In this document: piece by piece, positions 5,495 through 6,031 of the stretch
Position numbering within the stretch: the first letter of the stretch is position 1
How the letters are laid out: each line of letters begins with the position of its first letter
IMG/VR virus record: IMGVR_UViG_3300020030_000009
Span: 1-6,031 of that record
Length of the DNA: 6,031 bases
DNA from: a virus
Reading direction: 5' to 3' (one strand)
Made by a program: the position numbers and the translations under genes
The notes under the pieces: generated by a model
The model's input: only the letters and a program-made list of their open reading frames with translations
Told to the model about the DNA's origin: nothing
Databases searched by the model: none

Positions 5495-5686
5495 ATGTCT
5501 GATATTAAACAACCTTTTTACAAGTCGAAGGCGTTCTGGACGCTTATCTCTTCCATTGTTGCTGCTTTGGCCGCCTTTTTTCTTGCCTCGTGTTCTGCTC
5601 AGGCTAGAATGCAGCGTAGTGGCGTTCATATCGATACAGTGCGCGTCGATTACATCATTCGTTCTAACAATCTAACTCGCATATAG
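5495..5686 (+). CDS. Small predicted lipoprotein, 63-aa precursor with a 31-aa mature peptide
   Basis: From ATG 5495 the product is MSDIKQPFYKSKAFW-TLISSIVAALAAFFLAS-C. This gives a Lys-containing n-region, an uninterrupted hydrophobic h-region and a lipobox L-A-S-C (5582..5593, Cys codon 5591..5593). The TAG stop at 5684..5686 is 1 nt before the VP2 ATG. I do not favour the track's upstream ATG at 5384: it would bury the signal peptide, and that stretch has atypical codons and overlaps the stem structure. Confidence 0.6.
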   Translation: MSDIKQPFYKSKAFWTLISSIVAALAAFFLASCSAQARMQRSGVHIDTVRVDYIIRSNNLTRI

Positions 5687-5687
5687 T

Positions 5688-6031
5688 ATGGCTATTCCTA
5701 TTGCCTCTGCCGCTTCTTTTGGTCAAGCCCTTGGTCAATCCGCTGCTTCTACAGGTACTACCGGCTTAATTACTGGCGCTCTTGGCCAGCTTTTCGGAGG
5801 TATGAATGCCCGTCGCCAATGGCGTTTTCAGCAAAAGCAAATGAAGCTTCAACAGCAGTATGCTTTAGAGCAAATGCAGAAGCAGTCAGAGCTTTCTTAT
5901 GCTAATTGGCAGAAACAGTTTGACTACGAGAATGCTTACAATGATCCTACGAAGGTTTTCGATCGTTATTTGAAAGCTGGTGTAACGCCTGCGGCTGTTT
6001 TAGGTTCTTCGGGTGTCGGCGTGAACGCCAC
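5688..6031 (+). CDS. VP2: DNA pilot / minor capsid protein (VP2-like), 5' portion; runs off the window end and continues at base 1
   Basis: ATG 5688 opens a frame with no stop to 6031: MAIPIASAASFGQALGQSAASTGTTGLITGALGQLFGGMNARRQWRFQQKQMKLQQQYALEQMQKQSELSYANWQKQFDYENAYNDPTKVFDRYLKAGV... The ORF track omits it because it has no stop inside the window. It is in phase with 60..1145 through the repeat, since 5970 corresponds to 60. The Gly/Ala-rich hydrophobic N-terminus is typical of microviral pilot proteins. Confidence 0.8.
   Translation, partial: MAIPIASAASFGQALGQSAASTGTTGLITGALGQLFGGMNARRQWRFQQKQMKLQQQYALEQMQKQSELSYANWQKQFDYENAYNDPTKVFDRYLKAGVTPAAVLGSSGVGVNA
5911..6031. repeat. Terminal direct repeat, copy B; identical to 1..121
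   Basis: Identical to 1..121 over all 121 nt. Confidence 0.97.

Overview
The window is a complete circular ssDNA phage genome of the family Microviridae, of the gokushovirus/alpavirus type rather than the phiX174 type. It was linearised with a 121-nt terminal overlap: 1..121 is identical to 5911..6031, so the unit length is 5910 nt. All credible genes are on the + strand, tightly packed, with T/C-rich third codon positions. Three core genes are recognisable from conserved motifs. These are the major capsid protein VP1 (3262..5052), the HUH rolling-circle replication initiator VP4 (2188..3258), and the DNA pilot/minor capsid protein VP2. VP2 wraps around the circular junction (5688..5910 joined to 1..1145, 455 aa), and the ORF track shows only a truncated version of it. 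Five small ORFs with no function I can recognise fill the remaining space. Three lie between VP2 and VP4 (105, 107 and 66 aa) and two between VP1 and VP2 (a 98-aa acidic protein and a 63-aa predicted lipoprotein). No start codon has a Shine-Dalgarno sequence, and the one clear promoter-like element has the Bacteroidota architecture (TTTG, 19-nt spacer, TAnnTTTG), which suggests a Bacteroidota host. The points most worth following up are: (a) the 63-aa lipoprotein just upstream of VP2, a candidate lysis or exclusion factor in a phage group with no known lysis gene; (b) an A8 slippery run two codons before the stop of the 105-aa ORF, where a -1 shift would fuse it to the 107-aa ORF; (c) the promoter- and hairpin-bounded basic/acidic ORF pair; and (d) two structured intergenic regions that may act as terminators or complementary-strand origins. 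I found no tRNA, rRNA, CRISPR array, integrase or transposase.
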